This document shows, piece by piece, positions 63,279-64,000 of a stretch of DNA of 64,000 nucleotides; positions within the stretch are counted from its first letter, which is position 1; the number at the start of each line of letters is the position of its first letter. The position numbers were made by a program, and so were the translations under genes. The stretch is from Paragordius varius (taxonomy: Eukaryota > Animalia > Nematomorpha): NCBI GenBank assembly GCA_964247055.1, contig OZ176052.1:10850001-10914000 (forward strand). Reading direction: 5' to 3'. The notes below the pieces were generated by a model. The model saw only the letters and a list, made by a program, of their open reading frames with translations, had not been told where the DNA came from and ran no database searches.

Positions 63279-64000
63279 TTAATCCCCTTCTTCCATATTG
63301 TCAGCGTTTATGGAGACATTGGATAAATCTTCGTAATTAGCTTCTTTAGGTTCGAGTTCGTCTTCGTATTGAAGGATGGTGTTAATTTGATATAAAATTG
63401 CCTCTATAGATTTCGGTGTTTTCAGGTTGAGTGGGAAAAATTTAATAAGGTCATAATTATCAACAATGGATGTTAAATTTTGAGTTAAAGTTTGTAACTT
63501 AACATTTTGTGTTTCATTCTCTCTCGCATAATGATGATATAATTCAAGTGATGGATGAGCAATCTCAGATAAAGAATCGTCTGATTCAATGTTTTCGGAA
63601 TCAGAATCGGATTGATTGTCGGATGATGTATGATCTAAATCATTAGATTCATGTTCACGCGTGGCTTGAAGATAAAAAGTCGCAAAACTCCGAATTAAAG
63701 TTTTATTTTTGGCTAGTAAGTCCATTTTAGAGAATACATTGACAAACGGTAGAAATTCGAAATTTACCATAACTGATAGGGAAACGAGTGTTACCGACAT
63801 ATATTTGTCTATGTCCACAAGAAAATTTGGGGCGTCAACCAAAAATATTCCGCATAAACAAAAATCGAAACGGTTGATGAGGTGTTTGATGAAATCTCTA
63901 AATACTTGTACATGTGAATATAATTCGATTTGCCCGGGACAATCAAAAAGTATGTAATCATCATCGACCAACTTTTCGCTTATTTGATCAGCAAACCAGG
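63279..64000 (-). CDS. GPN3: GPN-loop GTPase 3, 5'-partial
   Basis: DDYILFDCPGQIELYSH, CGIFLVD, VNVFSKMDLL, LTSIVDNYDLIKFFPL. The frame is open to the window edge. Confidence 0.88.
   Translation of the reverse strand, partial: WFADQISEKLVDDDYILFDCPGQIELYSHVQVFRDFIKHLINRFDFCLCGIFLVDAPNFLVDIDKYMSVTLVSLSVMVNFEFLPFVNVFSKMDLLAKNKTLIRSFATFYLQATREHESNDLDHTSSDNQSDSDSENIESDDSLSEIAHPSLELYHHYARENETQNVKLQTLTQNLTSIVDNYDLIKFFPLNLKTPKSIEAILYQINTILQYEDELEPKEANYEDLSNVSINADNMEEGD

Noticed and set aside
1-64000. CRISPR arrays, rRNA, intact tRNA, or bacterial/HGT islands
   Set aside because: No repeat-spacer arrays, rRNA motifs or complete cloverleaf were seen; all recognised genes are eukaryotic families.

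Overview
AT-rich eukaryotic (invertebrate animal) genomic DNA with spliceosomal GT-AG introns; the taxon cannot be determined from sequence alone. Ten conserved genes were reconstructed by hand: a CNC/NFE2L bZIP factor (-), ACTMAP (+), OMA1 (+), an SLC10-family Na+/bile-acid symporter (-), heparanase (+), ELP5 (-), a tau-tubulin kinase (-), VGAT/SLC32A1 (-), a CHST-type sulfotransferase (+) and partial GPN3 (-). They are interspersed with DNA-transposon relics (TTAA piggyBac-like MITEs, two ~2-kb decayed hAT elements with perfect 8-bp TSDs, hAT MITEs), an RTE-LINE fragment and a ~308-bp-period repeat element. Main observations: (1) candidate ultra-short GT-AG introns of 22, 24 and 23 nt in VGAT, heparanase and ACTMAP; the first two are needed to restore the conserved proteins, and they coexist with introns of up to ~1 kb; (2) two operon-like same-strand gene pairs (ACTMAP-OMA1, 11 nt apart; VGAT-TTBK, ~90-200 nt apart) with splice-acceptor-like sites just before the downstream start; (3) a multi-exon gene not resolved by the ORF track (31.8-33.6 kb) encoding a secreted, N-glycosylated FN3-like orphan protein; (4) long low-complexity insertions in several conserved proteins; (5) a perfect ARE upstream of the CNC gene. 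All exon structures are manual predictions and need RNA confirmation.
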